Shown here: piece by piece, positions 51,888-61,089 of the stretch
How the letters are laid out: every line of letters starts with the position of its first letter
Position numbering within the stretch: position 1 is the first letter of the stretch
DNA from: Myxococcota bacterium
GTDB lineage: Bacteria > Myxococcota_A > Polyangia > Nannocystales > Nannocystaceae
Assembly (NCBI GenBank): GCA_039028615.1
Contig: JBCCHT010000044.1
Span: forward strand, 1 to 64,000
Direction: 5' to 3'
Length of the DNA stretch: 64,000 nt
Made by a program: the position numbers and the translations under genes
The notes under the pieces: model-generated
The model's database searches: none
What the model saw: only the letters and a program-made list of their open reading frames with translations
What the model was told of the DNA's origin: nothing

Positions 51888-53027
51888 CTAGGGCTTCGCT
51901 GCTTTGGCGCGGGCGAGGAGCGCGAGCACATCGTCGTGGCCACCGCGCTCGGCTTCGCTGGTGGCCGTGCGGCCGTGGGGCGCCGTCGCGTCCACGGGCA
52001 CGCCCTGCTCGAGCAGGCGCTGCACCTCATCGGCGCGGCCGCGGTAGGCCGCCCATAGCAAGGCCGCCGTCTGCGGGTGACGCTCGGCGGGCGGGGTGAC
52101 GCGGTCGAGCAACGCCCGCGCTCGATCGACGACGTCGGCGGGTACCCCCGGCACCAGACGCTCGAACACGCGGCGACTGCCCCACGCCGCGGCGATCTCC
52201 AGCGGGGTCTCCCCGGCCTTGGTGCGCGCAGTGGGGTCGAGCCCACCCGCGAGCAGCAGCGCCGCGACCTCGTCCGCGTCCGCCTTGGCCGCTTCGTGCA
52301 GGGGGTTCCAGCCGTGGTCATCCTGGCGATCGATGCGAGCCCCGTGCTCCAGCAGGGACGCGGCGATGTCGGCTCGACCCGTCGCGGCGGCCACGGCCAG
52401 CGGGACCCAAATCTCATCGTCGGTGCCCCCGTCCGCCACCGCACCTGCCGCGAGCAGGGCTTGGACCATGCGCAGGTCACCCATCCGAACCGCATGACAC
52501 ACGTGGTACTCGGTCCCGCTCAGCGTGAATCCACCCGCGAGCAGGCGGCCGAGCTCGGCGTGGTTGCGCTCGCAGATCGCCCACACGACCCGCTCTCGAA
52601 GGTCCATCTGGGCGCGCTGTTCTTGGTCTTCGAGTTGCTGCTCGCGGATGCGCTCGACGATCCCGACATCGCCGCCGTGGATGTCGAAGCCGATGAGCCC
52701 GTGGTCGAAGCGGTGCTCGTTCCATTCGGCTCGGGCCGCGCTCCTGCACACGAGTACGCCGCCTTCGGCCGTGGCCTCGTTCAGTCGGCGTTGGCATTCG
52801 CGGCGAGCCGCATCGGTGCTGTCGAAGGTCTCGCGGGGCCCCGGCATCGGCGGCAGGTCCCAAGACATGCCATCGATGGCGGGAAGCTCGGTGACCGAAC
52901 CTCGACGCTCACCGACCTCGGCCTCCCGCATCACGATGTGTCGATACTCGAGCGCGTCGTCGCGGACCAACAACAGCAACCATTCGCCCGCGACCGTCTC
53001 GTCGTCGATCGAGTGAGGTTCGAGCAT
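51888..53027 (-). CDS. Ankyrin-repeat protein with possible degenerate WGR-like N-domain
   Basis: GWNPLHEAA, GETPLEIAA, LLEHGA and LLEQGV. Confidence 0.85.
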   Translation of the reverse strand: MLEPHSIDDETVAGEWLLLLVRDDALEYRHIVMREAEVGERRGSVTELPAIDGMSWDLPPMPGPRETFDSTDAARRECQRRLNEATAEGGVLVCRSAARAEWNEHRFDHGLIGFDIHGGDVGIVERIREQQLEDQEQRAQMDLRERVVWAICERNHAELGRLLAGGFTLSGTEYHVCHAVRMGDLRMVQALLAAGAVADGGTDDEIWVPLAVAAATGRADIAASLLEHGARIDRQDDHGWNPLHEAAKADADEVAALLLAGGLDPTARTKAGETPLEIAAAWGSRRVFERLVPGVPADVVDRARALLDRVTPPAERHPQTAALLWAAYRGRADEVQRLLEQGVPVDATAPHGRTATSEAERGGHDDVLALLARAKAAKP

Positions 53028-53065
53028 GCTAGGTTCTTCGTGGCCGAAGCGGGCGGGACGACGCG

Positions 53066-53524
53066 ATGGGAACCGACATGCTCTTGTTGGCCGAGCGCAA
53101 GACGGCGCGGGGGTGGGAAGCGGTGCTCACCTACGACGAGTACGGCCAAGCGCTGTCGTTCTTCCAGGTCGGGCGGTACCACCAATTCTACTACGCGCTC
53201 ACCGGGGTGGCGGTGGGGGGTATCGTGCGCGGCCGGGTGGACCCGAGCGAGGAGCCGCCGCCCGTCGTGCGGGGGCCACGGGGCCTGCCGCCGGGTCTCA
53301 GCAGCGGGGTGCGGGCCGAGATCTACGAGGTGTATTCGATATGGGCCATCCACTGGCTCGGGGCAGACGAGATCCTGCTGCACGACTGGCACCCGTTCCT
53401 GCAACGCGAGGCGCGGTACTCGAAGCCGGGCGAGCCCGAGGAGACCTTCACCATGGAGTTCCTCGACGCCGTGGCGAAGCTCGAGCCCGTCGCTGAACAC
53501 CGCCTCGTGATGTGGATGTACTGA
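53066..53524 (+). CDS. Hypothetical protein resembling a phage-associated family
   Basis: MGTD...E...W, RY.F..L.GV, PRGLP, WL...E...DW and RLV.W. Confidence 0.7.
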   Translation: MGTDMLLLAERKTARGWEAVLTYDEYGQALSFFQVGRYHQFYYALTGVAVGGIVRGRVDPSEEPPPVVRGPRGLPPGLSSGVRAEIYEVYSIWAIHWLGADEILLHDWHPFLQREARYSKPGEPEETFTMEFLDAVAKLEPVAEHRLVMWMY

Positions 53525-53573
53525 CGCGACCCGGAGGGGCGGCCCTCGACGCGGCCACGGTGGCGATGATGCA

Positions 53574-56108
53574 ATGACGTCCGTGTCCGAGCCCCATGCA
53601 CCCGGCGGCAGCTCCGAGCAGGCGGAGACGGTGCCGCACGAGGAGGAGGAGCCGCTGCACGTCGAAGCGGGCACCACCATCGGGCGCTACGTGGTCTCGG
53701 GCGTGTTGGGGCACGGGGCGATGGGCGTGGTGCTGGCGGCGGTGGATCCCAAGCTCGGCCGCAAGGTGGCGCTCAAGCTGCTGTTCGCCGAGGCCGACGC
53801 GGAAGGGCAGACTCGGCTGCAGCGCGAAGGCCAGGCGCTGGCGCGCCTGAGTCACCCGCACGTGGTCAAGGTGCACGACGTCGGCACGCACGAGGGGCGG
53901 GTGTTCGTCGCGATGGAGCTGGTGGAGGGGCAAAACCTCGCCCAGTGGCTCGCGGCCGAGCGCCGACCCTGGCGCGAGGTCGTGCGGGTGTTCGTGCAGG
54001 CGGGGCAGGGGCTCGCGGCCGCGCACTCCGCCGGGCTGGTGCACCGCGATTTCAAGCCGGCGAACCTGTTGATGGGGTCCGACGGCACGGTGAAGGTGAC
54101 CGACTTCGGGCTCGCGCGGGCCCGGGCCGAGCCGGCACCGAGCGTCGAGGCGCCGGACGACACCACGGGCAGCCAGCCGCTCGCGGCCGCGCTCGATGCC
54201 ACGCTGACGCGCACGGGCGCGCTGGTGGGTACCCCCGTGTACATGGCGCCCGAGCAGCTCGATGGGCGGGCCGCCGATCCGCGCAGCGACCAGTTCAGCT
54301 TTTGTGTCGCCCTTTACGAAGCACTGGCCGGTCATCGTCCGTTCGAGGGCGCCACACCGGCTCAGCTCTCGATCGCGATCGAGGAGCAGCGCTTTGCCAA
54401 GCCGCTGGGGTTGAGCCTGCCCGTGCCGCTGCGGGCGGCGGTGCGCCGTGGGCTCGCCGTCGACCCGGCCGCGCGCCATCCCGATCTCGGGGCCCTGCTG
54501 TCCGTGTTGCGACGGGCGTCGAGAGGGCGGCGGCTCAAGGCGATCTGGGCGGGCGCCGCGGGGATGGCCGTGGCGGGCGTGTGGTGGGCGACACGCCCCG
54601 CTCCGCCCGAGGTCGCGGACTATTGCGCGCGCGTCGGGGAGCGGCTCGCGGACGTCTGGGACGATGGGCGGCGTGACGCGGCCCAGCGCGGATTCGAGAC
54701 GACCGAGCTGCCCTACGCCAACGAGACCTTCACGATGGTGCGCACCCGCCTGGATACGCAAGCCAGCACGTGGGTCGGGGCGCAGCGCGAGGTCTGCGAG
54801 GCCCAGGCGCGCCTGGATCGAGCCGACGGTGCACCGTCGAGCGAGGAGCAGGAGGCGATCGACCGCCGCATGATCTGTCTGCATCGGCGCTTGACCGAGC
54901 TCGAGCAGCTCGGATCGCTGCTGGCCGAGGCCGACGCAGAACTCGTCCAGCGAGCGCCCCGGGCCGTGGCCGCGCTGGGCTCGATCGAGCGCTGCAGCAC
55001 GACCTCGCAGGGGCCGACGGGCGGGGGCCGAGCCGCGGGCATGGTGCGGGCCGAAGCGTTGGCGCGTGTGGAGGTGCTGACCCAGGCCGGGCGCTACGAC
55101 GAGGCCATCGAGTATGCCGAAGGCGCAGTGGCGGCGGTGGCCGAGGGCTCGCGGTGGTCCCAGGCCCAGGTCTACCTCGCGCGCGCCCGTGCCCACGAGC
55201 GAGCCGGGCATGCCGAGGACGCCGAGCGCGACTATCACCAGACCTTCTCCGCCGCGGTGGCGGCCGGTCACGACGAGTTGGTGTTGGTCGCGGCGTTGGG
55301 CCTGGCCATCGGTAACAGTCGGGCCCAGACCACGGAGTCCGATGCCGCCGATCCGTGGGTCGAGCACGCCGAAGCGGCGCTGGCCCGCATGCCGAAGCGC
55401 CCCGACCTGCGGGCGTCGTTCGAAAACACCCGCGGTCAGGTGGAGTTCAACCGCGGCCGCTACGAGACGGCGCAGGAGCACTTCGCTCGCGCCCTGCAGT
55501 ACCGCCGCGAAGACCTCGACGACGACGACTATCGACTCGCGCCCTACCATCGTCACCTGGGGCACGTGCTGTCGGAGTTGCAGCGCTACGAGGAGGCCAT
55601 CGACGCGCAAAAGGAGGCGCTGCGCATCGAACGACTGCACTTCGGCGATCGGCACCCCCAAGTCGCGCTGGCGATGACCGCGTTGGGCACCGACTACTCC
55701 GTGCTCGGCCAGTCCGAGCGCGCGTTGGAGCTCGAGCGAGAGGCGCTGGAGATCCTCGACGAGTCTCTCGGGCGGTCACACCCCGCCGTCGTCAATGCGG
55801 CCATCAACCTCGGGTCGGCGCAGGCGCGGGCGGGGCAGGACGACGCGGCGGAGCGCACCTATCTCGATGCGCTGGAGCGAGCGCGAAGCGTGCCGGGGTC
55901 GCCGAGTCGCGACGTGGGACTCATCCTGGCCAACCTGGGCGTGCACGCCGAGCAGCGCGGCAAGCTGGGACCCGCCGCCGATTACCTCGCCCAGGCGCTC
56001 GAGGCCATGGAGGCCTCCATGGGCCCCGACCATCCCATGACGCAGCGCGTCAAAGACAACCTCGCGCAGGTCCGCGCCAAGCAGGCCGAGGCCGACAGCG
56101 CCGACTAG
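53574..56108 (+). CDS. Membrane Ser/Thr kinase with C-terminal TPR repeats
   Basis: LGHGAMGVV, VALK, HRDFKPAN, DFG, GTPVYMAPEQ and a TM. TPR repeats with GxxHP. Confidence 0.95.
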   Translation: MTSVSEPHAPGGSSEQAETVPHEEEEPLHVEAGTTIGRYVVSGVLGHGAMGVVLAAVDPKLGRKVALKLLFAEADAEGQTRLQREGQALARLSHPHVVKVHDVGTHEGRVFVAMELVEGQNLAQWLAAERRPWREVVRVFVQAGQGLAAAHSAGLVHRDFKPANLLMGSDGTVKVTDFGLARARAEPAPSVEAPDDTTGSQPLAAALDATLTRTGALVGTPVYMAPEQLDGRAADPRSDQFSFCVALYEALAGHRPFEGATPAQLSIAIEEQRFAKPLGLSLPVPLRAAVRRGLAVDPAARHPDLGALLSVLRRASRGRRLKAIWAGAAGMAVAGVWWATRPAPPEVADYCARVGERLADVWDDGRRDAAQRGFETTELPYANETFTMVRTRLDTQASTWVGAQREVCEAQARLDRADGAPSSEEQEAIDRRMICLHRRLTELEQLGSLLAEADAELVQRAPRAVAALGSIERCSTTSQGPTGGGRAAGMVRAEALARVEVLTQAGRYDEAIEYAEGAVAAVAEGSRWSQAQVYLARARAHERAGHAEDAERDYHQTFSAAVAAGHDELVLVAALGLAIGNSRAQTTESDAADPWVEHAEAALARMPKRPDLRASFENTRGQVEFNRGRYETAQEHFARALQYRREDLDDDDYRLAPYHRHLGHVLSELQRYEEAIDAQKEALRIERLHFGDRHPQVALAMTALGTDYSVLGQSERALELEREALEILDESLGRSHPAVVNAAINLGSAQARAGQDDAAERTYLDALERARSVPGSPSRDVGLILANLGVHAEQRGKLGPAADYLAQALEAMEASMGPDHPMTQRVKDNLAQVRAKQAEADSAD

Positions 56109-57031
56109 AACGTCAGCCCCACGCCGCCCACCACGTTCCAGCGCAGCGAGTAGGTCTCGAAGTCGGTGACGATCTGGAAGTCGATGGGGCGGAACGACAG
56201 CATCATGCGGTTCGCGAGCAGGATCTTGGCGGCCATGGCCATCTGCACGTCCATGCGGTGAGTTCGTTCCGGCGTCGGCTGCGAGGTCGTGCCGTAGTAG
56301 TCGTACTCGGTCTGGAAGACGGTGTGCAGGTTGTAGCCGAGCTGAAACGAGGGGCTGAGGTACAGCGCCGTATCCCCCGCGATGGGGATGTCGCCCCCGA
56401 TGCGCGGGGCGAAGCCGAACTCCCGCGTCGGCGCCTTGGGCCCCTCGATGCCCATGAACGCCTCCTGCAGGACGGCCGAGATGAAGAACCCCGACCGCTC
56501 GCGGCCCATCGGGTACATGCCGATGGACTGCTCCAGGCGCAGCGGCGGTGAGACGAGCGGCAGGTAGCTGTCGAAGGGCAGCTCGTCGTCGCCCCCGATG
56601 ACGAAGCTGCGGCCCACCGAGAAGGTCACGAAGCGGTTGCGGGTGCCCAGCGGCAGCAGCGACGGCCGGGGCTCGTCCTCGTCTTCGGGGAGGAACTTCT
56701 CGCGCTTGGGCGGCAGGTCGTAGTCGGGCTCGTAGGTCCGAGCGGGCGACGAGGCCTCGGTGGTGGGAGCGGGCGTCTCGGGCGTGGCGGGAGCCTCCGC
56801 CGCAGCGTCGGCGCTCGGAGGCGTCGGCGTGGCGGGAGCCTCCGGCACCGTGTCCCCCGTGCTCGGCGACTGAGCCTCCGGCGACTGGGGCTCGGGTTTG
56901 TCGGAGCCCTCGACCGTGGCGCTGGCTTCCGGCACGGGCTGCGCGTCCTCGGCCGACGGCGGCAGCACGGGCGGCCCGACGAGCAACAAGGGCAGGGGAG
57001 GCAGAGGAGGAGGCGGGGGTGGGGGGCTCAT
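56105..57031 (-). CDS. Outer-membrane beta-barrel-like protein with Pro/Ala/Glu-rich N-terminus
   Basis: Amphipathic strands ending VGGVGLTF (terminal Phe). ATGA overlap with the sulfotransferase gene. Confidence 0.7.
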   Translation of the reverse strand: MSPPPPPPPLPPLPLLLVGPPVLPPSAEDAQPVPEASATVEGSDKPEPQSPEAQSPSTGDTVPEAPATPTPPSADAAAEAPATPETPAPTTEASSPARTYEPDYDLPPKREKFLPEDEDEPRPSLLPLGTRNRFVTFSVGRSFVIGGDDELPFDSYLPLVSPPLRLEQSIGMYPMGRERSGFFISAVLQEAFMGIEGPKAPTREFGFAPRIGGDIPIAGDTALYLSPSFQLGYNLHTVFQTEYDYYGTTSQPTPERTHRMDVQMAMAAKILLANRMMLSFRPIDFQIVTDFETYSLRWNVVGGVGLTF

Positions 57032-57831
57032 GGGGCTGACTCCGTGCTCGAGGTGGTGGACCCGGCGCGGGCCCGCAGTTGGTCGAGTTCATCTTCGTAG
57101 GCGCTGATCCGGGGCATGATCGCGGCGTAGGCTGAAGCGAGGTGCTCGCGATCGGCCGCGCCGGGGGGTCGTGCGCTGCGCAGGGCTTGGTAGAGGATGT
57201 CGAAGGCGTCCTGGTGTTCGTGCGCAGACTCGTCGTCCGGCTCGGACGGGGCGCGGTCTCCCACCGCATCCACGGCGGCATCGAGGTCTCCACCCCCCAA
57301 CCACTCCAGGATGGGCGCCAAGGTCTCCCGAGGTCGGGCGATCACGTCCTCGTACGCACAAAGCCGCACTGGGTAGCCGCGCAGCGCCATGTCTCCGAGC
57401 AGCGAGAAATTCTGCGCGAACCACAACAGCGCCGGGTCCAACCGAGGCGGCGCCCGGCGCCCCGGCACTTCGTCTTCGAGCGCCCACAACCGGCGCATGG
57501 ATGCCGAGTGCCCTCGCCAGTGTCGAGCGGTCGCGACCACTCGACCCAGGTACGCTAGATCGCTACGCACCAGCCCCCGGATGAAGACCTTCACCGCATG
57601 GGTGGTGACCTGGTCCGGTCGGATGTACGTGCCGGTCTCGGGATTGGGGTTGGTCTGGAAGTTGATGCCCTCGCGCAGGGTCGACTCCCAAAAGCCACCG
57701 CGATTGGCTTCGTGTAGCGAAGTGCCCCAGTCGCGCGGGAACTGCTCGCCAATGGGCGGGTAGCCGGCGGCAATGAGGATTTGCATCCACATCGAAGTGC
57801 CCGACCGCGCCGTGCCCGTCACGATGATCAT
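57028..57831 (-). CDS. Sulfotransferase-family P-loop protein
   Basis: IIVTGTARSGTSMWMQ, S..R and YEDVIARP. Confidence 0.78.
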   Translation of the reverse strand: MIIVTGTARSGTSMWMQILIAAGYPPIGEQFPRDWGTSLHEANRGGFWESTLREGINFQTNPNPETGTYIRPDQVTTHAVKVFIRGLVRSDLAYLGRVVATARHWRGHSASMRRLWALEDEVPGRRAPPRLDPALLWFAQNFSLLGDMALRGYPVRLCAYEDVIARPRETLAPILEWLGGGDLDAAVDAVGDRAPSEPDDESAHEHQDAFDILYQALRSARPPGAADREHLASAYAAIMPRISAYEDELDQLRARAGSTTSSTESAP

Positions 57832-57926
57832 GACCGGCTCAACGATACACCCCCCAAACGCAACGACGGCCGCGCTCCTTGGCGGAGGCGGCCGTCTTTG
57901 TGTGCGGAGCGTGGGTCCTGCCGGGA

Positions 57927-58097
57927 TCAGCCCTCGGAGTCGGAGCTCTCGGCGGCGTCGTCTACGGGGACGATCTCGGGAACCAGCTGTCCGTCGGCGG
58001 TCATCTTGAGCCGAAACCGAGCGCTTGCCGAAGGGGGGGAATCTTGTTCATCGGAGTCGCGGCGTTGCTCGGCAAGGGACGCAGGCTTTGTCGTCAT
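57927..58097 (-). CDS. Possible small hypothetical protein (56 aa)
   Basis: MTTKPASL...FRLKMTADGQLVPE fills the gap between co-oriented genes. No recognisable domain. Confidence 0.4.
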   Translation of the reverse strand: MTTKPASLAEQRRDSDEQDSPPSASARFRLKMTADGQLVPEIVPVDDAAESSDSEG

Positions 58098-58211
58098 AGG
58101 GGATCGAAGTAGCACGAATCGGCCGTGCACGCCCGTTTTTGACCCAATGTGATCGGTGAGCCCACCCCCCATTTGCAGGGGGATGGGCTCGGCTCGGACC
58201 TTGCTTCTCGG

Positions 58212-59180
58212 TCACATTCGGACCGAGTAGACCATGCCCATGCGAGGGCTGCTGAAGGCGGGGAACTGGGTTCGCGATAGCGCCCCAGCCACGCAGCGCC
58301 CCAGCGAGCTGCCGGCGTGGTCACCCTGCGCGGTCGCGGAGACGACCTTGCCCGTACGACCCTCGATGGACAGCTTCACGGCCACCCGTGTGCCCGAGGC
58401 GGTGCCGTGCTCCGGCCCGCAGCTGCGCGCAGACGCCTTGGTCGAGGCCAGGGCCTTCTTGAGCTGCGCACTGGAGAGCTTGCTCGGACGCGTTTCGGTG
58501 GCCTTTTCGGCAGAGTGGCCCGGGCTGGTCCTCGGCTGGCCAGTTTTCGTGCAGCTGGCCGGATTGAGCACACACTCGACCGGGATCGAGCGATCCGTCT
58601 TCGAGGTCTTGGACTTGGACGTCTTCGAGGTCTTGGAGCTCTTCGAGATCTTAAAACTCTTCGAGCTCTTCGAGTTCTTCGTCTTCTTGGAACTCTTCGA
58701 GGACTTGACGCCCTTGCCCCGCTTCGGTGCTTCGGAGGTGGCTTCCGACGTCATCTCGTTGGCGGGCTCGGTGCTCGTCATGGCCAGGCGCTCGGCCTCT
58801 TCGGAATCAGCCGTGGGCTCGTGCTCGACGACTTCTCGCAGGGTCGGCGCAGCGACCTCCTGCATGGAAAGCTGACGCTCGACCGGCGCGTCTTCGATGG
58901 CATCGGGTCCGTGCGCGCGCTGGAGTCCGACGGCACCGAGCACCATCAGCAGGCTCGACGCGACGGCGGTGGCCATGGCCAGCACGGGTCGGCTCGCGCG
59001 GGGTCCGGGGCTCGGCGGCTCTGATGTTTCCCCGGTGGGACCCGGTGGTGCCAGCGATAGAGGCAGAGGCTCGGCTCTCAGATCGGTGACGTCGATGATG
59101 CCCGAGGAGCTCGGATCGTGGAGCTGCAGGGCGAGTCGGCGGGGACGGGAACGAAGATTGGGAGATGCGGGAGTCGACAT
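58212..59180 (-). CDS. Single-TM protein with AgmX/PglI (TonB-C-like) C-terminal domain
   Basis: TM, Lys/Ser-rich linker and ARSC...VKLSIEGRTGKVVSA...LGRCVAGALSRTQFPAF. Confidence 0.78.
   Translation of the reverse strand: MSTPASPNLRSRPRRLALQLHDPSSSGIIDVTDLRAEPLPLSLAPPGPTGETSEPPSPGPRASRPVLAMATAVASSLLMVLGAVGLQRAHGPDAIEDAPVERQLSMQEVAAPTLREVVEHEPTADSEEAERLAMTSTEPANEMTSEATSEAPKRGKGVKSSKSSKKTKNSKSSKSFKISKSSKTSKTSKSKTSKTDRSIPVECVLNPASCTKTGQPRTSPGHSAEKATETRPSKLSSAQLKKALASTKASARSCGPEHGTASGTRVAVKLSIEGRTGKVVSATAQGDHAGSSLGRCVAGALSRTQFPAFSSPRMGMVYSVRM
58597..58708. repeat. Degenerate 9-nt tandem repeat encoding (S/T)SK
   Basis: Units of the tcttcgagg / tcttggagc type; protein KSSKSSKKTKNSKSSKSFKISKSSKTSKTSKSKTSK. 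Confidence 0.8.
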
Positions 59181-59452
59181 GGCAGTTCGGGGATGGGCAC
59201 ATCGAGCCGCAAACCGATGCGGCCTCGGGATGTGAACCTCGTCACCTGTTTGGACTCGACCGGGCCGTCCGGTGTTCGACGACAACCCCCACTCTGGTTC
59301 AGAAACTGCCTCTGACCCTGGTGTCATAGCGGGAATTCGCCCTTGCGCGGATGACCCGATCTGGGGGGTTCCCCGGGGTCGATCCCCCGGTGCGACAACG
59401 TAGGAGGCCCGGATTTCGGGCGCATGCGGCCGACGATGGTAGTCTGGTCCGC

Positions 59453-61075
59453 ATGATCCTTAGCCTGCGTCGTTGGGGGACCGGCATGGCGTTGGGGGCG
59501 GTAGGCCTGCTTGGATGCAACGTCGATCCAGGTGGCTCCATGGTCTTCATGGCCCAGCACTGTAGTGAGCTCCAGGGGGATGCGACCTGCCAGTCGTCAT
59601 TCGCCGGCCAGTCGTTTTGCAGCTTGTGCACCGAGGAAAATGGCGGCTGCGTGTCGTCACCACCCGCGCAGGTGTGCATCCCCGGAGGGACCGCCGGGGA
59701 CGAGAGCACGGGCGACGGCTCGGCCAACGACGATGGGTCGGGTTCGAGCGGCACCGGGGGCACCACCGACGCCGTCGACACGACCGCGGCCGACAGCAGC
59801 TCCACCGGCGAGCCCGCGTGCGAGGCCGAGGGCGAGCTCGATCCCGCGTGCATGGAGCTGGACCCGGCGCGGCCCTTCTGCGCCGACTCCGTGTGTGTCG
59901 GGTGCGGGGACGCGGGCGGCAATGCGTTCTGCGCCGAGCTCGACTCGCTCAATCCCGCGTGCGACATGGAGACCGGCACCTGTGCGCCTTGCAACGCGGT
60001 CGTCGATCCGGCCTGCAGCGGTGCGACACCCGTCTGTGGCGACACGGGCGAGTGTCAGGCCTGCGTCGCGCACGACGAGTGCCCGCTGAGCGCCTGTCAC
60101 CTCGACGTCAACGACCCCATGCTCGGCTACTGCTTTGCCCCCGAGGACACCATCTGGGTCGACAACACGGCCGAGTGCCCCGGTGTCGGTACCCAAGAGG
60201 AGCCCCTGTGTAGCTTGATGGCCGGGGCCGACGCGCTCGTGCCTGGCGACGCGCGGGCGTTCCGGGTCATGGGAGGCACGCCCTACGAGGAGCGGGCCGC
60301 GTTCTCCGAGGTCACCGTCGCCATCATCGGCGTCGATTCGCCCGTCGTCAGCGGGACCCCGGGCGCGCAGGCACCCACCCTGCGCTTCGAGAACGGCACC
60401 ACCGCCTACGTCTCCGACATCCGGTCCAACGGCAACACCTTCAGCCACGGCATGACCTGCAGCACCAGCTTCGTGCGCTTCGACGACGGTCAGATCCGCG
60501 ACAACGAGGGCTGGGGCACCTTCAACTTCGACACCTGCACCGTCGAGTTCCGGCGCACGGCCATCGTGGGCAACGAGGACGGCGGGATCAACGTCGACGG
60601 CGGGCAGCTGACCGTCGACAACACCACCATCGCCCTCAACGGCATCGGCGGGAACTCCAGCGGCATCCGGTCCGCCGACGCCAACATCGACGTCCTGTAC
60701 AGCACGCTCGCCGGCAACGACGGCTCGGGCAGCGACAGCATCGAGTGCGACAGCACGACCGGCACGCTGCGCAACAACATCATCATGGGGGTCGATGCCA
60801 CGTCCATCGAGCTGGGCTGCTTCCCGCTCATCATGGACAACAACGCCCTCGACGCGGCCAACTTCGCCGCGGGCACCAACGTCGACGTCGGGCCCTACAA
60901 CGCCATCTTGTTCAACAACCCGAGCCAGGCCGACTTCCGGCTCTCGGCACCTCCGCTGTCGCCCTTCGGCGGCGTCGCGGAGTGGCAAGAGGGCGACCCC
61001 GAGTTCGATGCCGACGGCACGCCTCGCCCCACCGGTGAGGACGAGACCGGCTACGCCGGCGTCGACGAGCCCTGA
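59453..61075 (+). CDS. Cys-rich lipoprotein with right-handed beta-helix domain
   Basis: Lipobox LLGC, Cys-rich repeats, then GN..GGI, N.TIA.N and NNII beta-helix repeats. Confidence 0.85.
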   Translation: MILSLRRWGTGMALGAVGLLGCNVDPGGSMVFMAQHCSELQGDATCQSSFAGQSFCSLCTEENGGCVSSPPAQVCIPGGTAGDESTGDGSANDDGSGSSGTGGTTDAVDTTAADSSSTGEPACEAEGELDPACMELDPARPFCADSVCVGCGDAGGNAFCAELDSLNPACDMETGTCAPCNAVVDPACSGATPVCGDTGECQACVAHDECPLSACHLDVNDPMLGYCFAPEDTIWVDNTAECPGVGTQEEPLCSLMAGADALVPGDARAFRVMGGTPYEERAAFSEVTVAIIGVDSPVVSGTPGAQAPTLRFENGTTAYVSDIRSNGNTFSHGMTCSTSFVRFDDGQIRDNEGWGTFNFDTCTVEFRRTAIVGNEDGGINVDGGQLTVDNTTIALNGIGGNSSGIRSADANIDVLYSTLAGNDGSGSDSIECDSTTGTLRNNIIMGVDATSIELGCFPLIMDNNALDAANFAAGTNVDVGPYNAILFNNPSQADFRLSAPPLSPFGGVAEWQEGDPEFDADGTPRPTGEDETGYAGVDEP

Positions 61076-61089
61076 GCGCGGTAGAGCCC

